Assembly: GCF_009914755.1 (NCBI RefSeq)
Contig: NC_060941.1
DNA length: 64,000 nt
Reading direction: 5' to 3' (one strand)
Source: the human T2T-CHM13v2.0 reference genome, Homo sapiens
In this document: positions 37,601-52,600 of the stretch, piece by piece
How the letters are laid out: the number at the start of each line of letters is the position of its first letter
Numbering within the stretch: the first letter of the stretch is position 1
The notes under the pieces: model-generated
The model's database searches: none
What the model saw: only the letters and a program-made list of their open reading frames with translations
Told to the model about the DNA's origin: nothing
Made by a program: the position numbers and the translations under genes

Positions 37601-40600
37601 ACAGAAGCATCCTCAGAAACTTCTCTGTGATGTTTGTGTTCAACTCCCAGAGTTTCACATTGCTTTTCATAGAGTAGTTCTGAAACATGCTTTTCGTAGT
37701 GTCTGCAAGTGGACATTTGGAGCGCTTTCAGGCCTGTGGTGGAAAACGAATTATGGTCCCATAAAAACTGGAGGGAAGCATTGTCAGAAACTTCTTTGTC
37801 ACGATTGCATTCAACTCACAGAGATGAAGGTTCCTTTACAAACAGCAGTTTCCAAACACTCTTTCTGTGGAATCTGCAAGTGGATATTTGGACCTCTTTG
37901 AAGATTTCGTTGGAAACGGGAGAATCTTCACAGAAAAGCTAAACAGAAGCATTCTCAGAAACTTCTTTGTGATGCTTGCATTCAACTCACAGAGTTGAAC
38001 TTTCCTTTCGAGAGAGAAGCTTTGAAACACTCTTTTTCCAGAATCTGCAAGTGGACATTTGGAGGGCTTTGAGGCCTGTGGTGGAAAAGGAATTAACTTC
38101 CCGTAAAAGCTAGATAGAAGCATTCTCAGAAACTACTTTGTGATGATTGCATTCAAGTCACAGAGTTGAACATTCCCTTTGACAGAGCAGTTTGGAAACT
38201 CTCTTTGTGTAGAATCTGCAAGTGGAGATATGGACCGCTTTGAGGCCTATGGTAGTAAAGGAAATAGCTTCATATAAAAGCTAGACAGTAGCATTCACAG
38301 AAAACTCTTGGTGACGACTGAGTTTAACTCACAGAGCTGAACATTCCTTTGGATGGAGCAGTTTCGAAACACACTATTTGTAGAATGTGCAAGTGGATAT
38401 TTGGGACTCTCTGAGGATTTCGTTGGAAACGGGATAAACCGCACAGAACTAAACAGAAGCATTCTCAGAACCTTCTTCGTGATGTTTGCATTCAACTCAC
38501 AGTGTTGAACCTTTCTTTGATAGTTCAGGTTTGAAACGGTCTTTCTGTAGAAACTGCAAGTAGATATTTGGACCTCTCTGAGGATTTCGTTGGAAACGGG
38601 ATAAACCGCACAGAACTAAAACAGAAGCATTCTCAGAACCCTCTTCGTGATGTTTGCATTCAACTCACAGTGCTGAACCTTTCTTTGATAGTTCAGCTTT
38701 GAAACACTCTTCTTGTAGAAACTGCAAGTGGATATTTGGTCCTCTCTGAGGATTTCGTTGGAAACGGGATAAACCGCACAGAACTAAACAGAAGCATTCT
38801 CAGAACCTTCTTCGTGATGTCTGCATTCAACTCACAGTGTGGAACCTTTCTTTGATAGTTCAGGTTTGAAACACTCTTTTTGTAGAAACTGCAAGGGGAT
38901 AATTGCACTTCTTTGAGGCCTACCGCAGTAAAGGAAATAACTTCCTATAGAAAGAAGACAGAAGCTTTCTCAGAAAATCCTTTGGGATGATTGAGTGGAA
39001 CTCACAGAGCTGAACATTCCTTGCGATGTAGCAGTTTAGAAACACACTTTCTGCAGAATCTGCAAGTGCATATTTGGACCTCTCTGAGGAATTCGTTGGA
39101 AACGGGATAATTTCAGCTGACTAAACAGAAGCAGTCTCAGAATCTTCTTTGTGATGTTTGCATTCAAATCCCAGAGTTGAACTTTCCTTTCAAAGTTCAC
39201 GTTTGAAACACTCTTTTTGCAGGATCTACAAGTGGATATTTGGACCACTCTGTGTCCTTCGTTCGAAACGGGTATATCTTCACATGACATCTAGACAGAA
39301 GCATTCTCAGAAGCTTCTCTGTGATGACTGCATTCAACTCACGGAGTTGAACACTCCTTTTGAGAGCGCAGTTTTGAAACTCTCTTTCTGTGGCATCTGC
39401 AAGGGGACATGTAGACCTCTTTGAAGATTTCGTTGGAAACGGAATCATCTTCACATAAAAACTATACAGATGCATTCTCAGGAACTTTTTGGTGATGTTT
39501 GTATTCAACTCCCAGAGTTGAACTTTCCTTTGGAAAGAGCAGCTATGAAACACTCTTTTTCTAGAATCTGCAAGTGGACGTTTGGAGGGCTTTGTGGTTT
39601 GTGGTGGAAAAGGAAATATCTTCACCTAAATACTAGATAGAAGCATTCTCAGAAACTGCTTTGTGATGATTGCATTCACCTCACAGAGTTGAACATTCCT
39701 ATTGATAGAGCAGTTTGGAAACACTCTTGTTGTGGAATGTGCAAGTGGAGATTTGGAGCGCTTTGAGGCCTATGGTAGTAAAGGGAATAGCTTCATAGAA
39801 AAACTAGACAGAAGCATTCTCAGAAAATACTTTGTGATGATTGAGTTTAACTCACAGAGCTGAACATTCCTTTGGATGGAGCAGGTTTGAGACACACTTT
39901 TTGTAGAATCTACAAGTGGATATTTGGACCTTTCTGAGGATTTCGTTGGAAACGCGATAACTGCACCTAACTAAACGGAAGCATTCTCAGAAACTTCTTG
40001 GTGATGTTTGCATTCAAATCCCAGAGTTGAACCTTCCTGTGATAGTTCAGGTTTGAATCACTCTTTTTGTAGGATCTGCAAGTGGATATTTGGACCACTC
40101 TGTGGCCTTCGTTCGAAACGGGTACATCTTCACATAAAATCTAGACAGAAGCCTTCTCAGAAACTTCTCTGTGATGATTGCATTCAACTCACAGATTTGA
40201 ACCCTCCTATGGATAGAGCATTGTTGAAACTCTCTTTTTGTGGAATCTGCAAGTGGATATGTGGACCTCTCCGAAGATGTCTTTGGAAACGGGAATATCT
40301 TCACATAAAAACTAAACAGAAGCATTCTCAGAAACTTCTCTGTGATGTTTGTGTTCAACTCCCAGAGTTTCACATTGCTTTTCATAGAGTAGTTCTGAAA
40401 CATGCTTTTCGTAGTGTCTGCAAGTGGACATTTGGAGCGCTTTCAGGCCTGTGGTGGAAAACGAATTATGGTCCCATAAAAACTGGAGAGAAGCATTGTC
40501 AGAAACTTCTTTGTGATGATTGCATTCAACTCACAGAGATGAAGGTTCCTTTACAAACAGCAGTTTCCAAACACTCTTTCTGTGGAATCTGCAAGTGGAT

Positions 40601-43600
40601 ATTTGGACCTCTTTGAAGATTTCGTTGGAAACGGGAGAATCTTCACAGAAAAGCTAAACAGAAGCATTCTCAGAAACTTCTTTGTGATGCTTGCATTCAA
40701 CTCACAGAGTTGAACTTTCCTTTCGAGAGAGAAGCTTTGAAACACTCTTTTTCCAGAATCTGCAAGTGGACATTTGGAGGGCTTTGAGGCCTGTGGTGGA
40801 AAAGGAATTAACTTCCCGTAAAAGCTAGATAGAAGCATTCTCAGAAACTACTTTGTGATGATTGCATTCAAGTCACAGAGTTGAACATTCCCTTTGACAG
40901 AGCAGTTTGGAAACTCTCTTTGTGTAGAATCTGCAAGTGGAGATATGGACCGCTTTGAGGCCTATGGTAGTAAAGGAAATAGCTTCATATGAAAGCTAGA
41001 CAGTAGCATTCACAGAAAACTCTTGGTGACGACTGAGTTTAACTCACAGAGCTGAACATTCCTTTGGATGGAGCAGTTTCGAAACACACTATTTGTAGAA
41101 TGTGCAAGTGGATATTTGGGCCTCTCTGAGGATTTCGTTGGAAACGGGATAAACCGCACAGAACTAAACAGAAGCATTCTCAGAACCTTCTTCGTGATGT
41201 TTGCATTCAACTCACAGTGTTGAACCTTTCTTTGATAGTTCAGGTTTGAAACGGTCTTTCTGTAGAAACTGCAAGTAGATATTTGGACCTCTCTGAGGAT
41301 TTCGTTGGAAACGGGATAAACCGCACAGAACTAAAACAGAAGCATTCTCAGAACCCTCTTCGTGATGTTTGCATTCAACTCACAGTGCTGAACCTTTCTT
41401 TGATAGTTCAGCTTTGAAACACTCTTCTTGTAGAAACTGCAAGTGGATATTTGGTCCTCTCTGAGGATTTCGTTGGAAACGGGATAAACCGCACAGAACT
41501 AAACAGAAGCATTCTCAGAACCTTCTTCGTGATGTCTGCATTCAACTCACAGTGTGGAACCTTTCTTTGATAGTTCAGGTTTGAAACACTCTTTTTGTAG
41601 AAACTGCAAGGGGATAATTGCACTTCTTTGAGGCCTACCGTAGTAAAGGAAATAACTTCCTATAGAAAGAAGACAGAAGCTTTCTCAGAAAATTCTTTGG
41701 GATGATTGAGTGGAACTCACAGAGCTGAACATTCCTTGCGATGTAGCAGTTTAGAAACACACTTTCTGCAGAATCTGCAAGTGCATATTTGGACCTCTCT
41801 GAGGAATTCGTTGGATACGGGATAATTTCAGCTGACTAAACAGAAGCAGTCTCAGAATCTTCTTTGTGATGTTTGCATTCAAATCCCAGAGTTGAACTTT
41901 CCTTTCAAAGTTCACGTTTGAAACACTCTTTTTGCAGGGTCTACAAGTGGATATTTGGACCACTCTGTGTCCTTCGTTCGAAACGGGTATATCTTCACAT
42001 GACATCTAGACAGAAGCATTCTCAGAAGCTTCTCTGTGATGACTGCATTCAACTCACGGAGTTGAACACTCCTTTTGAGAGCGCAGTTTTGAAACTCTCT
42101 TTCTGTGGCATCTGCAAGGGGACATGTAGACCTCTTTGAAGATTTCGTTGGAAACGGAATCATCTTCACATAAAAACTATACAGATGCATTCTCAGGAAC
42201 TTTTTGGTGATGTTTGTATTCAACTCCCAGAGTTGAACTTTCCTTTGGAAAGAGCAGCTATGAAACACTCTTTTTCTAGAATCTGCAAGTGGACGTTTGG
42301 AGGGCTTTGTGGTTTGTGGTGGAAAAGGAAATATCTTCACCTAAATACTAGATAGAAGCATTCTCAGAAACTGCTTTGTGATGATTGCATTCACCTCACA
42401 GAGTTGAACATTCCTATTGATAGAGCAGTTTGGAAACACTCTTGTTGTGGAATGTGCAAGTGGAGATTTGGAGCGCTTTGAGGCCTATGGTAGTAAAGGG
42501 AATAGCTTCATAGAAAAACTAGACAGAAGCATTCTCAGAAAATACTTTGTGATGATTGAGTTTAACTCACAGAGCTGAACATTCCTTTGGATGGAGCAGG
42601 TTTGAGACACACTTTTTGTAGAATCTACAAGTGGATATTTGGACCTCTCTGAGGATTTCGTTGGAAACGCGATAACTGCACCTAACTAAACGGAAGCATT
42701 CTCAGAAACTTCTTGGTGATGTTTGCATTCAAATCCCAGAGTTGAACCTTCCTGTGATAGTTCAGGTTTGAAACACTCTTTTTGTAGGATCTGCAAGTGG
42801 ATATTTGGACCACTCTGTGGCCTTCGTTCGAAACGGGTACATCTTCACATAAAATCTAGACAGAAGCCTTCTCAGAAACTTCTCTGTGATGATTGCATGC
42901 AACTCACAGATTTGAACCCTCCTATGGATAGAGCATTGTTGAAACTCTCTTTTTGTGGAATCTGCAAGTGGATATGTGGACCTCTCCGAAGATGTCTTTG
43001 GAAACGGGAATATCTTCACATAAAAACTAAACAGAAGCATTCTCAGAAACTTCTCTGTGATGTTTGTGTTCAACTCCCAGAGTTTCACATTGCTTTTCAT
43101 AGAGTAGTTCTGAAACATGCTTTTCGTAGTGTCTGCAAGTGGACATTTGGAGCGCTTTCAGGCCTGTGGTGGAAAACGAATTATGGTCCCATAAAAACTG
43201 GAGAGAAGCATTGTCAGAAACTTCTTTGTGATGATTGCATTCAACTCAAAGAGATGAAGGTTCCTTTACAAACAGCAGTTTCCAAACACTCTTTCTGTGG
43301 AATCTGCAAGTGGATATTTGGACCTCTTTGAAGATTTCGTTGGAAACGGGAGAATCTTCACAGAAAAGCTAAACAGAAGCATTCTCAGAAACTTCTTTGT
43401 GATGCTTGCATTCAACTCACAGAGTTGAACTTTCCTTTCGAGAGAGAAGCTTTGAAACACTCTTTTTCCAGAATCTGCAAGTGGACATTTGGAGGGCTTT
43501 GAGGCCTGTGGTGGAAAAGGAATTAACTTCCCGTAAAAGCTAGATAGAAGCATTCTCAGAAACTACTTTGTGATGATTGCATTCAAGTCACAGAGTTGAA

Positions 43601-46600
43601 CATTCCCTTTGACAGAGCAGTTTGGAAACTCTCTTTGTGTAGAATCTGCAAGTGGAGATATGGACCGCTTTGAGGCCTATGGTAGTAAAGGAAATAGCTT
43701 CATATAAAAGCTAGACAGTAGCATTCACAGAAAACTCTTGGTGACGACTGAGTTTAACTCACAGAGCTGAACATTCCTTTGGATGGAGCAGTTTCGAAAC
43801 ACACTATTTGTAGAATGTGCAAGTGGATATTTGGGCCTCTCTGAGGATTTCGTTGGAAACGGGATAAACCGCACAGAACTAAACAGAAGCATTCTCAGAA
43901 CCTTCTTCGTGATGTTTGCATTCAACTCACAGTGTTGAACCTTTCTTTGATAGTTCAGGTTTGAAACGGTCTTTCTGTAGAAACTGCAAGTAGATATTTG
44001 GACCCCTCTGAGGATTTCGTTGGAAACGGGATAAACCGCACAGAACTAAAACAGAAGCATTCTCAGAACCCTCTTCGTGATGTTTGCATTCAACTCACAG
44101 TGCTGAACCTTTCTTTGATAGTTCAGCTTTGAAACACTCTTCTTGTAGAAACTGCAAGTGGATATTTGGTCCTCTCTGAGGATTTCGTTGGAAACGGGAT
44201 AAACCGCACAGAACTAAACAGAAGCATTCTCAGAACCTTCTTCGTGATGTCTGCATTCAACTCACAGTGTGGAACCTTTCTTTGATAGTTCAGGTTTGAA
44301 ACACTCTTTTTGTAGAAACTGCAAGGGGATAATTGCACTTCTTTGAGGCCTACCGTAGTAAAGGAAATAACTTCCTATAGAAAGAAGACAGAAGCTTTCT
44401 CAGAAAATCCTTTGGGATGATTGAGTGGAACTCACAGAGCTGAACATTCCTTGCGATGTAGCAGTTTAGAAACACACTTTCTGCAGAATCTGCAAGTGCA
44501 TATTTGGACCTCTCTGAGGAATTCGTTGGAAACGGGATAATTTCAGCTGACTAAACAGAAGCAGTCTCAGAATCTTCTTTGTGATGTTTGCATTCAAATC
44601 CCAGAGTTGAACTTCCCTTTCAAAGTTCACGTTTGAAACACTCTTTTTGCAGGATCTACAAGTGGATATTTGGACCACTCTGTGTCCTTCGTTCGAAACG
44701 GGTATATCTTCACATGACATCTAGACAGAAGCATTCTCAGAAGCTTCTCTGTGATGACTGCATTCAACTCACGGAGTTGAACACTCCTTTTGAGAGCGCA
44801 GTTTTGAAACTCTCTTTCTGTGGCATCTGCAAGGGGACATGTAGACCTCTTTGAAGATTTCGTTGGAAACGGAATCATCTTCACATAAAAACTATACAGA
44901 TGCATTCTCAGGAACTTTTTGGTGATGTTTGTATTCAACTCCCAGAGTTGAACTTTCCTTTGGAAAGAGCAGCTATGAAACACTCTTTTTCTAGAATCTG
45001 CAAGTGGACGTTTGGAGGGCTTTGTGGTTTGTGGTGGAAAAGGAAATATCTTCACCTAAATACTAGATAGAAGCATTCTCAGAAACTGCTTTGTGATGAT
45101 TGCATTCACCTCACAGAGTTGAACATTCCTATTGATAGAGCAGTTTGGAAACACTCTTGTTGTGGAATGTGCAAGTGGAGATTTGGAGCGCTTTGAGGCC
45201 TATGGTAGTAAAGGGAATAGCTTCATAGAAAAACTAGACAGAAGCATTCTCAGAAAATACTTTGTGATGATTGAGTTTAACTCACAGAGCTGAACATTCC
45301 TTTGGATGGAGCAGGTTTGAGACACACTTTTTGTAGAATCTACAAGTGGATATTTGGACCTCTCTGAGGATTTCGTTGGAAACGCGATAACTGCACCTAA
45401 CTAAACGGAAGCATTCTCAGAAACTTCTTGGTGATGTTTGCATTCAAATCCCAGAGTTGAACCTTCCTGTGATAGTTCAGGTTTGAAACACTCTTTTTGT
45501 AGGATCTGCAAGTGGATATTTGGACCACTCTGTGGCCTTCGTTCGAAACGGGTACATCTTCACATAAAATCTAGACAGAAGCCTTCTCAGAAACTTCTCT
45601 GTGATGATTGCATTCAACTCACAGATTTGAACCCTCCTATGGATAGAGCATTGTTGAAACTCTCTTTTTGTGGAATCTGCAAGTGGATATGTGGACCTCT
45701 CCGAAGATGTCTTTGGAAACGGGAATATCTTCACATAAAAACTAAACAGAAGCATTCTCAGAAACTTCTCTGTGATGTTTGTGTTCAACTCCCAGAGTTT
45801 CACATTGCTTTTCATAGAGTAGTTCTGAAACATGCTTTTCGTAGTGTCTGCAAGTGGACATTTGGAGCGCTTTCAGGCCTGTGGTGGAAAACGAATTATG
45901 GTCCCATAAAAACTGGAGAGAAGCATTGTCAGAAACTTCTTTGTGATGATTGCATTCAACTCACAGAGATGAAGGTTCCTTTACAAACAGCAGTTTCCAA
46001 ACACTCTTTCTGTGGAATCTGCAAGTGGATATTTGGACCTCTTTGAAGATTTCGTTGGAAACGGGAGAATCTTCACAGAAAAGCTAAACAGAAGCATTCT
46101 CAGAAACTTCTTTGTGATGCTTGCATTCAACTCACAGAGTTGAACTTTCCTTTCGAGAGAGAAGCTTTGAAACACTCTTTTTCCAGAATCTGCAAGTGGA
46201 CATTTGGAGGGCTTTGAGGCCTGTGGTGGAAAAGGAATTAACTTCCCGTAAAAGCTAGATAGAAGCATTCTCAGAAACTACTTTGTGACGATTGCATTCA
46301 AGTCACAGAGTTGAACATTCCCTTTGACAGAGCAGTTTGGAAACTCTCTTTGTGTAGAATCTGCAAGTGGAGATATGGACCGCTTTGAGGCCTATGGTAG
46401 TAAAGGTAATAGCTTCATATGAAAGCTAGACAGTAGCATTCACAGAAAACTCTTGGTGACGACTGAGTTTAACTCACAGAGCTGAACATTCCTTTGGATG
46501 GAGCAGTTTCGAAACACACTATTTGTAGAATGTGCAAGTGGATATTTGGGCCTCTCTGAGGATTTCGTTGGAAACGGGATAAACCGCACAGAACTAAACA

Positions 46601-49600
46601 GAAGCATTCTCAGAACCTTCTTCGTGATGTTTGCATTCAACTCACAGTGTTGAACCTTTCTTTGATAGTTCAGGTTTGAAACGGTCTTTCTGTAGAAACT
46701 GCAAGTAGATATTTGGACCTCTCTGAGGATTTCGTTGGAAACGGGATAAACCGCACAGAACTAAAACAGAAGCATTCTCAGAACCCTCTTCGTGATGTTT
46801 GCATTCAACTCACAGTGCTGAACCTTTCTTTGATAGTTCAGCTTTGAAACACTCTTCTTGTAGAAACTGCAAGTGGATATTTGGTCCTCTCTGAGGATTT
46901 CGTTGGAAACGGGATAAACCGCACAGAACTAAACAGAAGCATTCTCAGAACCTTCTTCGTGATGTCTGCATTCAACTCACAGTGTGGAACCTTTCTTTGA
47001 TAGTTCAGGTTTGAAACACTCTTTTTGTAGAAACTGCAAGGGGATAATTGCACTTCTTTGAGGCCTACCGTAGTAAAGGAAATAACTTCCTATAGAAAGA
47101 AGACAGAAGCTTTCTCAGAAAATCCTTTGGGATGATTGAGTGGAACTCACAGAGCTGAACATTCCTTGCGATGTAGCAGTTTAGAAACACACTTTCTGCA
47201 GAATCTGCAAGTGCATATGTGGACCTCTCTGAGGAATTCGTTGGAAACGGGATAATTTCAGCTGACTAAACAGAAGCAGTCTCAGAATCTTCTTTGTGAT
47301 GTTTGCATTCAAATCCCAGAGTTGAACTTCCCTTTCAAAGTTCACGTTTGAAACACTCTTTTTGCAGGATCTACAAGTGGATATTTGGACCACTCTGTGT
47401 CCTTCGTTCGAAACGGGTATATCTTCACATGACATCTAGACAGAAGCATTCTCAGAAGCTTCTCTGTGATGACTGCATTCAACTCACGGAGTTGAACACT
47501 CCTTTTGAGAGCGCAGTTTTGAAACTCTCTTTCTGTGGCATCTGCAAGGGGACATGTAGACCTCTTTGAAGATTTCGTTGGAAACGGAATCATCTTCACA
47601 TAAAAACTATACAGATGCATTCTCAGGAACTTTTTGGTGATGTTTGTATTCAACTCCCAGAGTTGAACTTTCCTTTGGAAAGAGCAGCTATGAAACACTC
47701 TTTTTCTAGAATCTGCAAGTGGACGTTTGGAGGGCTTTGTGGTTTGTGGTGGAAAAGGAAATATCTTCACCTAAATACTAGATAGAAGCATTCTCAGAAA
47801 CTGCTTTGTGATGATTGCATTCACCTCACAGAGTTGAACATTCCTATTGATAGAGCAGTTTGGAAACACTCTTGTTGTGGAATGTGCAAGTGGAGATTTG
47901 GAGCGCTTTGAGGCCTATGGTAGTAAAGGGAATAGCTTCATAGAAAAACTAGACAGAAGCATTCTCAGAAAATACTTTGTGATGATTGAGTTTAACTCAC
48001 AGAGCTGAACATTCCTTTGGATGGAGCAGGTTTGAGACACACTTTTTGTAGAATCTACAAGTGGATATTTGGACCTCTCTGAGGATTTCGTTGGAAACGC
48101 GATAACTGCACCTAACTAAACGGAAGCATTCTCAGAAACTTCTTGGTGATGTTTGCATTCAAATCCCAGAGTTGAACCTTCCTGTGATAGTTCAGGTTTG
48201 AAACACTCTTTTTGTAGGATCTGCAAGTGGATATTTGGACCACTCTGTGGCCTTCGTTCGAAACGGGTACATCTTCACATAAAATCTAGACAGAAGCCTT
48301 CTCAGAAACTTCTCTGGGATGATTGCATTCAACTCACAGATTTGAACCCTCCTATGGATAGAGCATTGTTGAAACTCTCTTTTTGTGGAATCTGCAAGTG
48401 GATATGTGGACCTCTCCGAAGATGTCTTTGGAAACGGGAATATCTTCACATAAAAACTAAACAGAAGCATTCTCAGAAACTTCTCTGTGATGTTTGTGTT
48501 CAACTCCCAGAGTTTCACATTGCTTTTCATAGAGTAGTTCTGAAACATGCTTTTCGTAGTGTCTGCAAGTGGACATTTGGAGCGCTTTCAGGCCTGTGGT
48601 GGAAAACGAATTATGGTCCCATAAAAACTGGAGAGAAGCATTGTCAGAAACTTCTTTGTGATGATTGCATTCAACTCACAGAGATGAAGGTTCCTTTACA
48701 AACAGCAGTTTCCAAACACTCTTTCTGTGGAATCTGCAAGTGGATATTTGGACCTCTTTGAAGATTTCGTTGGAAACGGGAGAATCTTCACAGAAAAGCT
48801 AAACAGAAGCATTCTCAGAAACTTCTTTGTGATGCTTGCATTCAACTCACAGAGTTGAACTTTCCTTTCGAGAGAGAAGCTTTGAAACACTCTTTTTCCA
48901 GAATCTGCAAGTGGACATTTGGAGGGCTTTGAGGCCTGTGGTGGAAAAGGAATTAACTTCCCGTAAAAGCTAGATAGAAGCATTCTCAGAAACTACTTTG
49001 TGACGATTGCATTCAAGTCACAGAGTTGAACATTCCCTTTGACAGAGCAGTTTGGAAACTCTCTTTGTGTAGAATCTGCAAGTGGAGATATGGACCGCTT
49101 TGAGGCCTATGGTAGTAAAGGTAATAGCTTCATATGAAAGCTAGACAGTAGCATTCACAGAAAACTCTTGGTGACGACTGAGTTTAACTCACAGAGCTGA
49201 ACATTCCTTTGGATGGAGCAGTTTCGAAACACACTATTTGTAGAATGTGCAAGTGGATATTTGGGCCTCTCTGAGGATTTCGTTGGAAACGGGATAAACC
49301 GCACAGAACTAAACAGAAGCATTCTCAGAACCTTCTTCGTGATGTTTGCATTCAACTCACAGTGTTGAACCTTTCTTTGATAGTTCAGGTTTGAAACGGT
49401 CTTTCTGTAGAAACTGCAAGTAGATATTTGGACCTCTCTGAGGATTTCGTTGGAAACGGGATAAACCGCACAGAACTAAAACAGAAGCATTCTCAGAACC
49501 CTCTTCGTGATGTTTGCATTCAACTCACAGTGCTGAACCTTTCTTTGATAGTTCAGCTTTGAAACACTCTTCTTGTAGAAACTGCAAGTGGATATTTGGT

Positions 49601-52600
49601 CCTCTCTGAGGATTTCGTTGGAAACGGGATAAACCGCACAGAACTAAACAGAAGCATTCTCAGAACCTTCTTCGTGATGTCTGCATTCAACTCACAGTGT
49701 GGAACCTTTCTTTGATAGTTCAGGTTTGAAACACTCTTTTTGTAGAAACTGCAAGGGGATAATTGCACTTCTTTGAGGCCTACCGTAGTAAAGGAAATAA
49801 CTTCCTATAGAAAGAAGACAGAAGCTTTCTCAGAAAATCCTTTGGGATGATTGAGTGGAACTCACAGAGCTGAACATTCCTTGCAATGTAGCAGTTTAGA
49901 AACACACTTTCTGCAGAATCTGCAAGTGCATATGTGGACCTCTCTGAGGAATTCGTTGGAAACGGGATAATTTCAGCTGACTAAACAGAAGCAGTCTCAG
50001 AATCTTCTTTGTGATGTTTGCATTCAAATCCCAGAGTTGAACTTCCCTTTCAAAGTTCACGTTTGAAACACTCTTTTTGCAGGATCTACAAGTGGATATT
50101 TGGACCACTCTGTGTCCTTCGTTCGAAACGGGTATATCTTCACATGACATCTAGACAGAAGCATTCTCAGAAGCTTCTCTGTGATGACTGCATTCAACTC
50201 ACGGAGTTGAACACTCCTTTTGAGAGCGCAGTTTTGAAACTCTCTTTCTGTGGCATCTGCAAGGGGACATGTAGACCTCTTTGAAGATTTCGTTGGAAAC
50301 GGAATCATCTTCACATAAAAACTATACAGATGCATTCTCAGGAACTTTTTGGTGATGTTTGTATTCAACTCCCAGAGTTGAACTTTCCTTTGGAAAGAGC
50401 AGCTATGAAACACTCTTTTTCTAGAATCTGCAAGTGGACGTTTGGAGGGCTTTGTGGTTTGTGGTGGAAAAGGAAATATCTTCACCTAAATACTAGATAG
50501 AAGCATTCTCAGAAACTGCTTTGTGATGATTGCATTCACCTCACAGAGTTGAACATTCCTATTGATAGAGCAGTTTGGAAACACTCTTGTTGTGGAATGT
50601 GCAAGTGGAGATTTGGAGCGCTTTGAGGCCTATGGTAGTAAAGGGAATAGCTTCATAGAAAAACTAGACAGAAGCATTCTCAGAAAATACTTTGTGATGA
50701 TTGAGTTTAACTCACAGAGCTGAACATTCCTTTGGATGGAGCAGGTTTGAGACACACTTTTTGTAGAATCTACAAGTGGATATTTGGACCTCTCTGAGGA
50801 TTTCGTTGGAAACGCGATAACTGCACCTAACTAAACGGAAGCATTCTCAGAAACTTCTTGGTGATGTTTGCATTCAAATCCCAGAGTTGAACCTTCCTGT
50901 GATAGTTCAGGTTTGAAACACTCTTTTTGTAGGATCTGCAAGTGGATATTTGGACCACTCTGTGGCCTTCGTTCGAAACGGGTACATCTTCACATAAAAT
51001 CTAGACAGAAGCCTTCTCAGAAACTTCTCTGTGATGATTGCATTCAACTCACAGATTTGAACCCTCCTATGGATAGAGCATTGTTGAAACTCTCTTTTTG
51101 TGGAATCTGCAAGTGGATATGTGGACCTCTCCGAAGATGTCTTTGGAAACGGGAATATCTTCACATAAAAACTAAACAGAAGCATTCTCAGAAACTTCTC
51201 TGTGATGTTTGTGTTCAACTCCCAGAGTTTCACATTGCTTTTCATAGAGTAGTTCTGAAACATGCTTTTCGTAGTGTCTGCAAGTGGACATTTGGAGCGC
51301 TTTCAGGCCTGTGGTGGAAAACGAATTATGGTCCCATAAAAACTGGAGAGAAGCATTGTCAGAAACTTCTTTGTGATGATTGCATTCAACTCACAGAGAT
51401 GAAGGTTCCTTTACAAACAGCAGTTTCCAAACACTCTTTCTGTGGAATCTGCAAGTGGATATTTGGACCTCTTTGAAGATTTCGTTGGAAACGGGAGAAT
51501 CTTCACAGAAAAGCTAAACAGAAGCATTCTCAGAAACTTCTTTGTGATGCTTGCATTCAACTCACAGAGTTGAACTTTCCTTTCGAGAGAGAAGCTTTGA
51601 AACACTCTTTTTCCAGAATCTGCATGTGGACATTTGGAGGGCTTTGAGGCCTGTGGTGGAAAAGGAATTAACTTCCCGTAAAAGCTAGATAGAAGCATTC
51701 TCAGAAACTACTTTGTGACGATTGCATTCAAGTCACAGAGTTGAACATTCCCTTTGACAGAGCAGTTTGGAAACTCTCTTTGTGTAGAATCTGCAAGTGG
51801 AGATATGGACCGCTTTGAGGCCTATGGTAGTAAAGGTAATAGCTTCATATGAAAGCTAGACAGTAGCATTCACAGAAAACTCTTGGTGACGACTGAGTTT
51901 AACTCACAGAGCTGAACATTCCTTTGGATGGAGCAGTTTCGAAACACACTATTTGTAGAATGTGCAAGTGGATATTTGGGCCTCTCTGAGGATTTCGTTG
52001 GAAACGGGATAAACCGCACAGAACTAAACAGAAGCATTCTCAGAACCTTCTTCGTGATGTTTGCATTCAACTCACAGTGTTGAACCTTTCTTTGATAGTT
52101 CAGGTTTGAAACGGTCTTTCTGTAGAAACTGCAAGTAGATATTTGGACCTCTCTGAGGATTTCGTTGGAAACGGGATAAACCGCACAGAACTAAAACAGA
52201 AGCATTCTCAGAACCCTCTTCGTGATGTTTGCATTCAACTCACAGTGCTGAACCTTTCTTTGATAGTTCAGCTTTGAAACACTCTTCTTGTAGAAACTGC
52301 AAGTGGATATTTGGTCCTCTCTGAGGATTTCGTTGGAAACGGGATAAACCGCACAGAACTAAACAGAAGCATTCTCAGAACCTTCTTCGTGATGTCTGCA
52401 TTCAACTCACAGTGTGGAACCTTTCTTTGATAGTTCAGGTTTGAAACACTCTTTTTGTAGAAACTGCAAGGGGATAATTGCACTTCTTTGAGGCCTACCG
52501 TAGTAAAGGAAATAACTTCCTATAGAAAGAAGACAGAAGCTTTCTCAGAAAATCCTTTGGGATGATTGAGTGGAACTCACAGAGCTGAACATTCCTTGCG

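Noticed and set aside
22419-37700. Full tandem duplication of a 45-monomer (15+16+14) super-unit
   Set aside because: The second 15-mer is followed by 16-mers only, and no second 14-mer appears, so only part of the block is repeated.
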